DNA of 64,000 bases from Chrysomallon squamiferum (Eukaryota; Animalia; Mollusca). The DNA is taken from positions 4,712,001 through 4,776,000 of the forward strand of contig CM022666.1 in assembly GCA_012295275.1 (NCBI GenBank). The letters run 5' to 3'. Made by a program: the position numbers and the translations under genes. Position 1 is the stretch's first letter. Each line of letters starts with the position of its first letter. The notes under the pieces are model-generated. The model made no database searches. It was not told where the DNA came from and was given only the letters and a program-made list of their open reading frames with translations. Positions 38,071 to 51,586 of this stretch are shown in pieces.

Positions 38071-38144
38071 TGTTTTACTTATTTCATAGGTTATATATAT
38101 TTGTATAAAATTATAATTTCACTTATTTCATAGGAATGTTATTC

Positions 38145-38230
38145 ATGTGTGTATATCTGTATTTTGTGTTTTTATCTTGTTTTACAGACTACTAAAGGAA
38201 TTTATAAAACATCAAAATGGTACCAATTCC
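38145..38230 (+). pseudogene. Short relic of the TNF acceptor and start of coding exon 1
   Basis: tgttttacagactactaaagga…aaaatggtaccaattc resembles 1698-1756. Confidence 0.55.
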
Positions 38231-39145
38231 ATAGGTTATATATATTTATATAAAATTATAATTTTTATAATTTCACTATGCTGTTTGAGATTTTTGCACG
38301 CCCTAATTTCATTTGTATAATATTATATTATGTGATATCACACCAACTTGAAAAAAACTTAAATATCCAAATAATGAGGAAGGGCAGCTTGTACATGCAT
38401 TGGCAGATAAGTTTAACGAGAGCCACAGAAAATACAGCACTCATTTATTTGGCTGAAGTCTCGAAAATCTGCAAAATACACGTGCAAGTCGTGCCACTGA
38501 CAGCTTAATGTAACAGTTCTGTTGTTATAAAGCAGGAAAACTGTTATCAGATTCAGGTTGCGATCTATAAACAATAACGTTGACGACAGTTTGAATTTCT
38601 GCTACTGAGAGGAAACCAGCCCTGGACGTGATCTTTCGAAGACGATACAATATCAGCAAACAGAGCGGATATGTAGAATGAGGACCTAGCATGCTTTGAC
38701 AGATTTTTTCTCCCTTTGCACTAAACCAACTAGCCAAGGTTTTAGGAACGGTTTACATTACCCTAAGTTTTGTTGTTCGTTTTTGAATGTTTCAAAATAA
38801 AAACATATTTCAGTGATTTAATAAAATCATCAAAATCTACCGAGCGCAAACTGTTTTCTACCTTCTTGGAAAAATAAGATGATTTGGCGGTATCATCGCC
38901 ATGGTTAATCACCTGATCAAAATACTGCCACTTGATTGGATATTTACTGTTTTAAATTTGTATGTATGTACATGTACATATTACCTTTTTGCTGAAATAA
39001 TGTTATATATAAGTGTGTGTATATTGTGTGCGGGTGCGTGTGTGTGTATTTAGCTTGGTATTATTTATTACTGATCACATTTTTTCTTTTCTTTTGTTCA
39101 TGTTTTACAGAGTACTTCTGAAGGAAATAAAAGTTGTTACATAAA

Positions 39146-39989
39146 ATGGTACCAGTTCGTCCAGTCCTTGTCATTTCTCTTATGGTACTAAACTTGATAC
39201 TCATCAGTTTCATTGTATCTGTAACATTAAAAGAATTTCTGAACAGAGAAACCAACTTGTTGTTTGACAAGGAACTGTGTGTGAAAATCTCGTGCAAACC
39301 AGGAGAAAACTGTTGTGATGACAAATCTACGAACAGAACCAGGAACAGTACCACGTATTGCTGTTACAGAGATGGAGAAAAAGTGATCAGTGAAATTATG
39401 AAAAAGGTAAATTCTGTATTCAACTCCAATGACTTATATTCCATAAATGCATTAACTGAAAAAAATAATGTTTTCTGTAGATATGAAATTAAGAAAGAGG
39501 TCAATTCTCTATAAAAATATTAAAAAGTTAAATTCATTATAAATGAAATAAAATATTTGAAAAAAACATAAAAAAGTGAAAAAAAATACCTTTAAAAATA
39601 TTTGAATTATGAAAAGGAGAAATTAATAGTGTTGAAAAATATTTATAAATTTAAAACTGATTATTGTGGATTAATTTCAAATTGGTTATTAACATTCTTT
39701 TTAGAAACTGAGTGAAAGTCATACAAAAGCTGAGAAAAGTGGTAAGTTAATACAGACATATACACAGACAGACATACGTGAAAAGACAAAGTCGCAGAAA
39801 CACAGACACACACAAGAAAAGTCATAAACACATACATACACAGACAGACAAACACACAGAAAAAGACCCACACACAAACAGAAACACTCAGGCGCACATA
39901 TTTAAATATCCACAATTTTATAATTATGTATTTGTATGTACGTGCATATTTGTGTACAGTCTATATATGTAAACATGTATAAGTGTATA

Positions 39990-40045
<56 letters not shown>

Positions 40046-41107
40046 TTAGATCCAAAACTAAAGCAGATCAGAGACATCGCTGATTTTTTGAATTTAGATA
40101 ATAAAAACAATGTGTACGAATCTGTGTATGTATGAATCTATGTATTTATACAGGTATCTGTAGTCTACATATGTCTGTATATATATATATATATATATAT
40201 ATTTCAGAACAAAAACTTAAACAGATCAGAGAGGTCGCTAATCGTCTGAATAATGAACACAATGTGAAGACATCAGCTCATCTACAAATGGATGTGACTG
40301 CAATATATGACAGAAGTAAGAAAACAAATAGTAGTAGCAGTGGTAGCAGTAGTAGTAGTAGTAGTAGTAGAAGTAGAGTAGTAATAGTAGTAGCAGAGTA
40401 ATTGTACTCTGTTAAAAGAGGTGATTTGGTAATAAATCTGGTAGTAGTAAAATAGAAGTAATAGTAGTAGTTGATCTGGTAAAAGTAGTTGTAGTAGTAA
40501 TCAGATAGTTATTAGTAGTGGTTAGAAAAGAATAGAAGAAATTGTGATAACATTAGTATTAGCACATTAGTAGTAAAAATATCAATGATTGTACTAAAGT
40601 AGTCAATAGCAGGAGTTTGTAGTAGTTGTAGTTAATATTACTAATATATTTCTATAAATATTGACAATTTAAAATAAAAATATTGTTTAAAAATAATTTA
40701 TTCTTACAGACGTTTCAGACACACCGAAGCCTCTCGTCAAATGGACGTCGTCTGGTAAAAGGTCGTTTGTGAAAGGAGGTGTGGCTGTTGTCGCTGACGG
40801 GATTCAAGTCAAAGAAGCTGCTTACTACTTCATATACAGCAACGTTTTATTCCATGCCAACCAGATCAAAGAGCTTGAATACGCTAGGCTGTGTCACTCA
40901 GTTGAAATATATCCAAATTATGAAGTCCTCTACAGAAATCCTCAAACAACATGCAAAGTACGAAGACACCAGGAAGGTTTTGCTACTTCCTACATTGGAG
41001 CTGTTTACTACCTGAATGCCAATGACACTGTAGTGGTGAGAACATCACTTCTTAACAGAATTTTGAGAGATCCTGAGACAACCTACTTTGGCCTGTATAT
41101 GCTTTGA
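39146..41107 (+). CDS. TNF-superfamily ligand, copy 2 (264 aa; exons 39146-39406, 39705-39741, 40208-40315, 40719-41107)
   Basis: Exon lengths match copy 1 (261/37/108/389 nt), splice sites are canonical, the frame is open and the THD motifs are conserved. Confidence 0.92.
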
Positions 41108-41273
41108 AATTGTTAAGAGAGGTCTGAGTTGTAATTGGTAATATATAATTTCTGTATTCTGACAGAAAGACAGAGCTCGTGGATTTCTATATATCAAACA
41201 AACCTTTTATCGTAACATTATCTTGAAACGTTTATACTAGACATACACTGATCTATCTTTATAGCCTGCAATG

Positions 41274-41274
<1 letters not shown>

Positions 41275-41329
<55 letters not shown>

Positions 41330-41418
41330 ATTATTAATATTAATATTATATTATTATTATTATTATTAATATTATTATTATTAATTATTATTATTATTAT
41401 TAATTATTATTATCATTA

Positions 41419-41449
<31 letters not shown>

Positions 41450-41678
41450 AGTATTATTATTAATTATTAGTATTATTATTAATTATTATTAATTATTTAT
41501 TATTATTAATTATTATTATTATTATTAATTATTATTATTATTAATTATTATTATTAATTATTATTATTATTATTAATTATTATTATTAATTATTATTATT
41601 AATTATTATTATTATTATTAATTATTATTATTAATTATTATTATTATTATTAATTATTATTAATTATTATTATCATTA

Positions 41679-41736
<58 letters not shown>

Positions 41737-41856
41737 AGTATTATTATTAATTATTATTATTATTATTAATTATTATTATTATTAATTATTATTTATTATT
41801 TATTATTATTAATTATTATTATTATTATTAATTATTATTATTATTAATTATTATTA
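41275..41856. repeat. Long interrupted (ATT)n microsatellite, about 580 bp
   Basis: Seen directly. The homologous site at about 50777-50825 has only a short tract. Confidence 0.95.
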
Positions 41857-42631
41857 GAACTTGTGGTTGTTTCTGATTTGTGATTTTGGTATATCTAACA
41901 TGTTTAATTTATTTTTATAATTCTTTCATTAATAATTAATTATGCCACTGGAATATGATTGAGAATGATTATATAATTGTTGTCAATGCGTGTGTTTTGA
42001 ATAGCATTATATTAACAATGAGGCTGAGACTGTCACATTCAGTCTCTGCTAATGTACTAATAGACAGATCCAGAAAATGTTTGTTATTTTCTCCATCAGC
42101 TTATACTTAAACTCATACTACTGTTTTTAATTATTGGATATAATTGTTGTTACTACTATTACTTTATTACTTTATTTATTACCATTTTCACACACACACA
42201 CATACATTTGTTTTTTTTATTTAAAACGTTTTTGACACTAATAGAATTGTTTAGACAGTTGCCAGTATTTAAATAACAACATATTAACACGATGTCGTTT
42301 GCTTGTTACCTTGAAGATTTACGAGAAGTAATGAATATTAATTTTCTTCGGGGACTGGGCTTTCCACCTAAGCTATAAATAGTTGTCAGGTCAGTGGTTT
42401 GAAGTTGTCAACCGAATTATTAATAGACGGATTTAGAAAGTATGAAGGAATTATTATTGTTATAAATAAATAAATATATTGTTGTTACAGTCGTTGAAAA
42501 TGAATAAGAACACCGATACCTTTATTACTATTATTATTATTATTATTTTAGGTCGGTTCATTAAGAAAGGAGTTACTAGGTCACGAACGCCATTTGCAAC
42601 ACAATTACCCATTCATAAGTTTATTTTAAAA

Positions 42632-42684
<53 letters not shown>

Positions 42685-43119
42685 CTAATAGTATGTGTCA
42701 TTTGTATTGTTTGTTTTTTTGTTTATTATTGTTTTTTGTTGTTGTTTTTTATTATTGTTTTTTTTAGTTTTTTTCCACCTGAACTCTGAATGACAACAAC
42801 AATGTTAATATTAATAATAACAAGAACTACAACAGTAACAACCAGCAATAAATGCACATAGTTTATTTGTGAACATTGTGCAATATTATTATCTTCTAAA
42901 GTGCAGCTGTCTCTAACACGTAATATAAAAATCATTTCGTTAACGAAAAGAAAGTAAAAGACAATATATATTTCTGAGAGATATGTCATTATTTTACTAT
43001 AGTCTTATTTTAATTGTTTGGAAAAGTATTCTGTTGTTTGTGTAGTTTATGCTGCGCGGTTTTGTGTATGTGTGTTTTTGTGTGTGTGTGGTTTTATTTA
43101 TTATTTTACTTTTATTTTT

Positions 43120-43520
43120 TGAAATAATGTTATTTATGTGTGTGTCTTTATCTTGGTATTAATAACATTTTTAATCATGTATGACACAGACTGTATCTAA
43201 AGGAAAATGAAATACTAAACTTGATACTCATCAGTTTTTCAAATATATTAAATGCAACAACAACAACAAAAATAGGTAAATTCTATATAAAAATATTAAA
43301 AAATTAAGTTCATTACAAACGAAATTAAGAAAAAAAGATCCATATACGTTTAATAATATTTAAATTATGAAAAGAAGAAATTCATAGTGCTGAAACATAT
43401 TTGTACATTTAAAACTGATTATTATGGACGAAGTTCAAAGTGGTTATTAACATTCTTTTTAGAAACTGAGTGAAAGTCACACAAAAGCTGGGAAAAGTGG
43501 TAAGTTAACAGACACATACA
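43120..43520 (+). pseudogene. Degenerate TNF-ligand copy (internally deleted coding exon 1, intact 37-nt exon 43463-43499)
   Basis: ctaaaggaaaatga…tactaaacttgatactcatcag matches exon 1, and AG|aaactgagtgaaagtcacacaaaagctgggaaaagtg|GTAAGT matches the micro-exon. Confidence 0.8.
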
Positions 43521-44321
43521 ACGATGTAATTGGTTCCAAATTTCCGACCGTTAAGTGAGGTATCGGGAGACTAATTTACATAGATAGAATTAAGGTTAAA
43601 AACAGTGGTTACGTTCTCGCTGATGAGATTTCACATAAAACATTTTTTTTTTTTTTTTAAATAAGGAGAAATAAATATTTTAACAGATCATAGATATTAA
43701 ATAAACAGTAAATCATTTACAAATCACTTTATACAAAAAGATTAAGAAATAATTATACACCACTCACTGTGGGTTTTGTGTTCATTTAAGGTATCGTGTT
43801 TTCTTTCTAAAGTTATTGTCTTCCGTTTCGTTTTATCATCAGCATATCTATTCGTTTTCACATATTGAAAAGTAAATTACAAAAGTGTTAAGTTTAAATG
43901 GAAGCAGAAGAGAAGAGAGAATCTGAACACCACATGCACGTGTGACGTCTGCGTGTCAACTGATCAACACAGCTGAGGGAAGCTTTAGCGAGTGACTGAA
44001 TGAAAAACGGACTTTAACACATGCATTGTACCCGTTTGTACCATTTATTTCGAGGAATTAACTACTACATTTTTATTTATATAATTTGTAATAAATTGAA
44101 AAGATCGTTAAACCGGGATATTTAATTTATTTATTTCACTTGACTTTTTATCACTTTTTATTCATTTTACGGTATATTACTTTATTTATTTATTTATTTA
44201 TTTAACTAAACAGTTAATATTCCATAATTCTTTGTGTTTTAAACTGAATTTTGATTTTTCTTTCATTTTCGTTTTGTAAAATAAAAGATGTTGCCTAACT
44301 TATGAACCCAAGTAGCTATAC

Positions 44322-44365
<44 letters not shown>

Positions 44366-44649
44366 TCGGTCTTTGTTTTCATTTGCAACAACAGTAACAA
44401 CAACAAGAACAACACATTTATTTAATAATAATAATGTATTCAAACTTTGTGACTCTATCTATTAGTAATTCGTTGACGTAACATCTATTTATAGTCCAGT
44501 TCGCGAATAAAATGAGTATTTATTACACATCTGAAATCTTCAAGGGAGGAAAAAACAAGCCAACAACATAGTGTTAATATGCTGTTATTAAAAATACTGG
44601 CAACTATGCAAAGAATCCTATTACAGTGTCAAAAATATTTTAAATAATA

Positions 44650-44686
<37 letters not shown>

Positions 44687-45322
44687 CAAATTTAATTGAA
44701 GAAAATGTTTAATCTCTATTTATATGCATCATAATAACTAAATAGCAACAACAAGAACAACAACAATAATAAATAAACGAATAAATAAATAAATAAATAA
44801 ATAGTAATAATAATAATGATATTAATTAATTAAGTAAGTAATTAATAACGGTTATAATAACGGTTATTATAATGGTTTTAAGCGTAAGGTAGTGAATCTA
44901 AGCTGCTCAACTTCAACAGGATAGAGGTGAGATAATAATAAACATTTTTATTCAGTTGAACAAATTTTATATATGTATAAAATGTATGTAATGTATATGT
45001 TTGTGTATATACAGTGTCACTGACTTTCAGGTAGTCAACATCTCCAATGTAGAAAGCAACAAAAAGTTATCGGTGACTTCGTACTAAAGAATAATAAGCT
45101 AAAATGATCTGTGAGTATTCAAAGCCTGAAACACATAAAAAAAAAAAATCACTTCACTGGTAATATCTATTAAACAAAAGTATGAACACATGCATAATGT
45201 AATAAAAATATATACACCCTTTATTCTGCACTAGAACACAACAAACACAAGACACTTTTAAAACTGTATTAACTATAGCAGTTAAGAATAATATAGATGG
45301 ATAATGTTAATGTTCTTTGATT

Positions 45323-45445
45323 CTAATGTTGATGGTTTAGTCTGATGTTCCACTCGATATGACGAAGAAATTCTGCGGCAGCATACCCGAACCCCTCATA
45401 ACAGATTTTGATACCACCCTTATTGCTATGAATAACTTCCATATT
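45323..45445 (-). mobile_element. FLYWCH-MULE relic, duplicate
   Basis: MEVIHSNKGGIKICYEGFGYAAAEFLRHIEWNIRL; lies within the segmental duplication. Confidence 0.55.
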
Positions 45446-46929
45446 AAACATACTTCTGATACTAGAGCAAACTGGAGAATATATAGTGAAACACATTTTA
45501 ACATCGAACATTTTATAAATCATTTACAATAGGAAGCTCTTAGTTTAAATCTATCCTAATCAGTAAGCGGGACCCAAGCATCACCCTTGCACAATATGAA
45601 GACTCTTTCTTTAATCCTGCCTAATTAATAAGTGTAACAAGTCACCACCCCTGCACAGTATGAAACCTCTTTCTTTAATCTAGCTTAATTGACCTAATCA
45701 GTAAGCTTAACAATCACCCCATGTAGACTATGATGCCACATTCAATAAATTCTATAAATCCATACATTTTGTTATATACATTTTTTTTACTTTTTTTCCA
45801 GCCACTGAATCAACAGTCATGATACAAGTAACGTTTACAAGTGAAAGATTCTTCTGTCACAGGCAGATATTTCTGAGACTTTTCATATTCCTGGCCCTGT
45901 AGTAATAAATGGATAGCTACAGATATTTATCCAGATTATGTATAAATGTCCACCATGTGACACGCAGAACATATCGTTTCCCTTTTCTTTTCTTTTTTTA
46001 AATTATTTATTTACTTATTTATGGTTTGTTTGTTTGTTTATTTTTATTTTTATATTACTCTTATCTTTATTTATTTTATTTTATCTTACATTAATTTTAT
46101 TGTTTTAATTAATTAATTTATATTTATGTATCTTATTGTATTTATTTATTTTACTTTACTTTTATCATTTGTTATTTTTATTTTATTTTTATCATATTTT
46201 TATTTTATTTTTTTGATTTTTAAAATTTAATTCAGCATATTTTACTTTATTTATTTATTTTAATTTACTTTTTACAATTTTGTGTTCTTATTTGTTTTAT
46301 TTCAAATAATTATTTTCATTTATTTCTGTTTTTATTTAATTTTACTTTATTTCGCTCATTTATTTATTTATTTATTTATTTATTTACTTATTCGGCAGAT
46401 TAAATCAACAGTCATGAAACAAGTGACATTTACAAACAGAAGATTCTTCTGTCACTGGAAGATATTTCTGAGACATTTTATATTCCTGGCTCTGTAATAA
46501 TAGATGGATGACTACACTTATTTATTCCGATTACTTGTAAGATAACAAATCCGGGCTGGAACTTTCCACTGTGTGATACACAGACTAAATGTTCTCCTTT
46601 TGTTGTTTATGGCTTAGTTGACACAGGACTAGAAGTTACGCTGTACTCTTTATTTAAGAATAACGGCAAAACCAATCGCAACAACAACAACAAGTACTAC
46701 TCCTACTACAACTACAACAACAACTATGGCTATTATTACTACTATTATAGCAATAACAACTATAATATGTAGCTTTTTTATGAACAACATAAAAAAATAC
46801 ATATAATGACTTTGCTCATTTTATTCATAGTATATTAAATGACTATACGAAATCTATAGCGATAAATTAAATACAACAGAAGAAAAAACATTAAGCAATA
46901 AATTTAAATAAAGCAGACGACATTTCCTC

Positions 46930-47190
46930 ATAGCCAATCAAAAATGATCGAGTGAGCTGGTAGAGAATATGATACTATGTTTTCAAAGTAATACGCTTGA
47001 CTGATATCTACATACAGCTTGCGTGGAAAGCCCAGTACACGAAGACAATTATTATCCTCTGAACGGAGGTCGACGACGTCATACGACCTTTTCAAAGTAG
47101 CTGGTATAAAAATCAACGCAGCCTGCCAGAGAGCGTTTCGGTCGTAGACGTGATTCACGTGAACACAGAGGCAGCCTAATTTAGGTAAGT
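46930..47190 (+). promoter_or_regulatory. Putative promoter and non-coding first exon of TNF copy 3
   Basis: CCAAT at 46934-38, a kB-like TGGAAAGCCC at 47024-33 (GGGCTTTCCA on the minus strand), a CRE-like CGACGTCA at 47074-81, TATAAAA at 47105-11 and a TAG|GTAAGT donor at 47184/5. The ATG exon starts at an acceptor (48542-43), so an upstream exon is required. Confidence 0.55.
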
Positions 47191-48575
47191 ACATGTTTTA
47201 CTTATTTCATAGGTTATATATATCTACGTAAAATTATAATTTCATTTATTTCACAGGTAATATATATTTATATAAAATTATAATTACATTTATTTCATTG
47301 ATTATAAATATTTATATAAAATGATTATTTAACTTATTTTATAGGTTATATATATTTATATAAAATTATAATTTCACTCTGCTGTTTAGGATTTATGCAA
47401 GCCCTAATTTCATGTGTATAATATAATATTAAGTGATATTACATCGAAAATGTGCACGTTAATGTACCAGTTCACTTTGCTGTTTAGGATTTTTCCACGC
47501 CCTAATTTCATTTGTATAATATTAAATGATATTACATCAACTTGAAAAAACAAAACATCGCGGTAAGGTCGATAAGTTTCTAGCACATGCGTTGGCAGGT
47601 AAGAATAATAACAGCCACAGAAAATACAGCACTCATTTATTTGTCTGGTATCTCGAAAAAATCTGCAAAATGCACGTGCAAGTCGTGCCACTGGCATCTT
47701 AATGTAACAGTTCTATGGTTATAAAGCAGGAAAACTAAATAGCCAAGGTTTTAGGAACGGGTGAAGTGAACATTACCTCAAGTCTTTTTTCTCATCGGTG
47801 TAAAAAAATTTACAGAATTGTTTCAAGAACCAGACGATCTACCTACGAAGGTGATTAAATGTGTTCTTGAAACTTTGACAATACTTTAGTCAAGGTATTT
47901 TCCTTTTTGCTTGTCAAATTTGATGTCTGCTGAACGTAGAACTTTCCGCTATTAAGCCCTACCCGAGTTCACCGAGTGCTGTTGTTTGTTTTTGAATTTT
48001 TCACAATAAAACACATTTTAGTGATTTAATTAAATCATCAAAATCTATCGAGCGCGAACTGTTTTCTAACTTAAAAATAAGATGATTTGAGAGTAGAAAC
48101 TGCAAATAAGCCACCATCGCCTTGGTTAGTCACCTGATCAAAATACTTCCACTTGATTGGATGTCTATTTCACTTCACGGTATTGAAATATTTATTGCGC
48201 GCTTTGCTATCTCGACTGTTTTTCGCATACTTTAATTTTTTTTTTTTTTTTTTTTTTGACATCGCCTAGGAATATTATCAATGTAAATATATCTTGATAT
48301 TATTTATTTTACTTTTTTCTTTGAAAGAATATTATACAGAACTATATGTACGTGTGTATATTGTATGAGAATTTGTTAAGTTTTATATTTGTGTATGTAC
48401 AAGTGTATATTTTTGGTTTGCTGAAATAATGTGTTATATAAGTGTGTGTATATTGTGTCTGTGTACGTGTGCGGGTGTGTGTATTTATCTTGGTATTATT
48501 TATTACTAATAACTTTTTGTTTTCTTTGGGTCATGTTTTACAGATTACTTCTACAATTAAAAGTTGTTACACAAA

Positions 48576-49505
48576 ATGGTACCAATTCGTCCAGTCATTG
48601 GCATTCCTGTTATGGCACTAAGCTTCATACTCATCAGTGTCATTGCATCTGTAACATTAAAAGAATTTCTGAACAGAGAAACCAACTTGTTGTTTGACAA
48701 GGAACTGTGTGTGAAAATCTCGTGCAAACCAGGAGAAAACTGTTGTGATGACAAATCTACGACCAGAACCAGGAACAATATCACGTATTGCTGTTACAGA
48801 GATGGAGAAAAAGTAATAAGTGAAATTATGAAAAAGGTAAATTCTGTATTTAGTTCTAAAAACTTATATTCCATAAATACATTAAATGGAAAAAAATTTT
48901 GTTTTCTGTAGATATAAAGAAACAGGGTAATTCTCTATAAAAATAATAAAAAGTTAAATTCTTTAAAAATGAAATAATATTTGAATTATGAAAACGAGAA
49001 ATTAATAGTGCTGAAAAATATTTATTTAGTTTCAAGTTGGTTATTCTTTGTAGAAACTGAGTGAAAGTCACACAAAAGCTGAGAAAAGTGGTAAGTTAAG
49101 ACAGACACTCTCAGACATACATAAAAACACAAACTCGCAGAAACATAGATACACAAAGAAAAGTCATAAACACATACATACACAAACACAGACAGATACA
49201 CAGAAAAGGATCTACACACAAACAGAAACATTCAGGCACTCATATTTAAATATCCACAAAAGTTTTTATAATTATGTATTTGTATGTTCGTGCATATTTG
49301 TGTATAGTCTAAGTATGTAAACATGTACAAATGTATATTTATGTGTGTGTGTGTCTGTGTGTGTGTGTGTGTGTGTTTTAGAACCAAAACTAAAGCAGCT
49401 CAGAGATGTCGCTGATCTTTTCAATTCAGATAATAAAAACAGTGTGTACGAATCTCTGTATGGATGAATCTATATATTTATACATGCATCAGTAGTCTAC
49501 ATGTG

Positions 49506-49544
<39 letters not shown>

Positions 49545-50453
49545 CAGAACAGGAACTTAAACAGATCCGAGAGGTCGCTGATCGTTTGAATAATAAAAAC
49601 AATGTGAAGACATCGGCTCATCTACAAATGGATGTCACAGCAACATATGACAAAAGTAAGAAAACAAATAGTAGAAGCAGTGTTAGCAGTAGTAGTAATA
49701 GTAGTAGTAGTAGTAGTAGTAGTAGTAATATTAGTACTAGAGTAGTAGTAGTAGTAGTAGTAGTAGTAGAGTAGTAGTATTAGTAGCACTGGTAAAAGTA
49801 GTTGTAGTAGTAGTAGTTGGTCTGGTAAAAGTAGTTGTAGTAGTAATCACATAGTTATTAGTAGTGGTTAGGAAATAATAGAAGAAACTGTGATAACAAT
49901 AGTATTAGCACGTTAGTAGTAACAATATCAATGATGGTACTAAAGTAGTCAATAGCAGGAGTTTGTAGTAGTTATAGAAATATAGTAGTAATATTATCTA
50001 CAACTGTTGACAATTTAAAATAAAAATATTATTTAAAAATATTTTCTTCTTACAAACTTTTCAGACACATCGAAGCCTCTCATTAAATGGACGTCGTCTG
50101 GTAAAAGATCGTTTGTAAAAGGAGCTGCAGCTGTTGTCGCTGACGGGATTCAAGTCAAAGAAGCTGCTTACTACTTCATATACAGCAACGTTGTATTCCA
50201 TGCCAACCAAATCACAGGGCTAGAATACCCTAGGCTGTGCCACTCATTTGAAAAATATCCAAATTATGAAGTCCTCTACAGAAATCCTCAAACAACATGC
50301 AAAGTTAGAGGATACAAGGAACGTTTTGCTGCTTCCTACATTGGAGCTGTTTACTACCTGAAAGCCAATGACACTGTAGTGGTGAGAACATCAGTTGTGA
50401 ACAGAATTTTGAGAGATCCTGAGACCACCTACTTTGGCCTGTACATGCTTTGA
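48576..50453 (+). CDS. TNF-superfamily ligand, copy 3 (264 aa; exons 48576-48836, 49054-49090, 49548-49655, 50065-50453)
   Basis: Same exon structure. The last exon is absent from the ORF track but translates openly by hand (…YFIYSNVVFHANQITGLEYPRLCHSFEKYPNY…TYFGLYML*). Confidence 0.92.
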
Positions 50454-51522
50454 GATTGTTAAGAGAGGCCTATATTATTACTGTTAATAGATAATTTATG
50501 CTGTGAGAAAAAAAGTGTGTTTCTTTAGTGATTAATGTTTCTCCGAAGTAACAAATAAGATTGTTGAAGGACTGAGCTTTTCCCCCAGGCTGTAAATAGT
50601 TCGTCATAATCAACAGACTGAGCGTTATAGTTGTAACTGGTAACATATAATTTCTGTATTCTGACAGAAAGACAGAGCTCGTGGATTTCTACATATCAAA
50701 CTAACCTTTTATCGTAACATTATCTTGAAACGTTTATATCAGACATACACTGATCTATCTTTATAGCCTTCAATGTCATTATTATTATTATTAAATAGCT
50801 ATTATTTCATTATTATTATTATTTCTTATTTATTCATCTGATTTTATTATTAAATAAATTGCATTCACGAAACTTGTGGTTGTTTGTGATTTTTGATGTC
50901 CTGGATATATCTAACATTTTTAATTTATTTTTATAATTCTTTCATTAATAATTAATTATACCACTGGAATATGAATCACGTATGATTAAAAAACGTATTT
51001 GGACAGATTGCCAGTATTTTGAATAACAAAATATTAACACTATTTTTTAACTTGTTTCCAACTCCTTGAAGGTTTCCGAGAAGTAATAAATATTAACTGG
51101 GCTTTCCACCCAAGCTATAAATAGTTGTCAGGCCACTAGTTGAAGTTGTCAACCGTATTACTAACAGACGGATTTAGAAAGTATGAATGCTTTATTATTG
51201 TCATAAATAAATAAATCTGTTGTTGTGATCGTTGTTGTTATTTTTGTTGAATATGAATATCAATATTTAAAAAAAAAAAAAAAATTATTATTATTATTTT
51301 TAGGTCGGTTAATTAAGAAAGCAGTAACTAGGTCACGAACGCCATTTGCAACACAATGCACCCATTCATAAGACATACAAATGTGTGTGTGTGTTTCTTT
51401 AGATTAAGGTTTCCAAGAAATAATGATAATAAAAAACATTCTTCCAGAACTGAGCTTTCCACTTAAATGGTTAGTAAGTAAGTAAGTAAGTAAATAAATA
51501 CATAAAGTTTAAGACATCAAGA

Positions 51523-51586
<64 letters not shown>

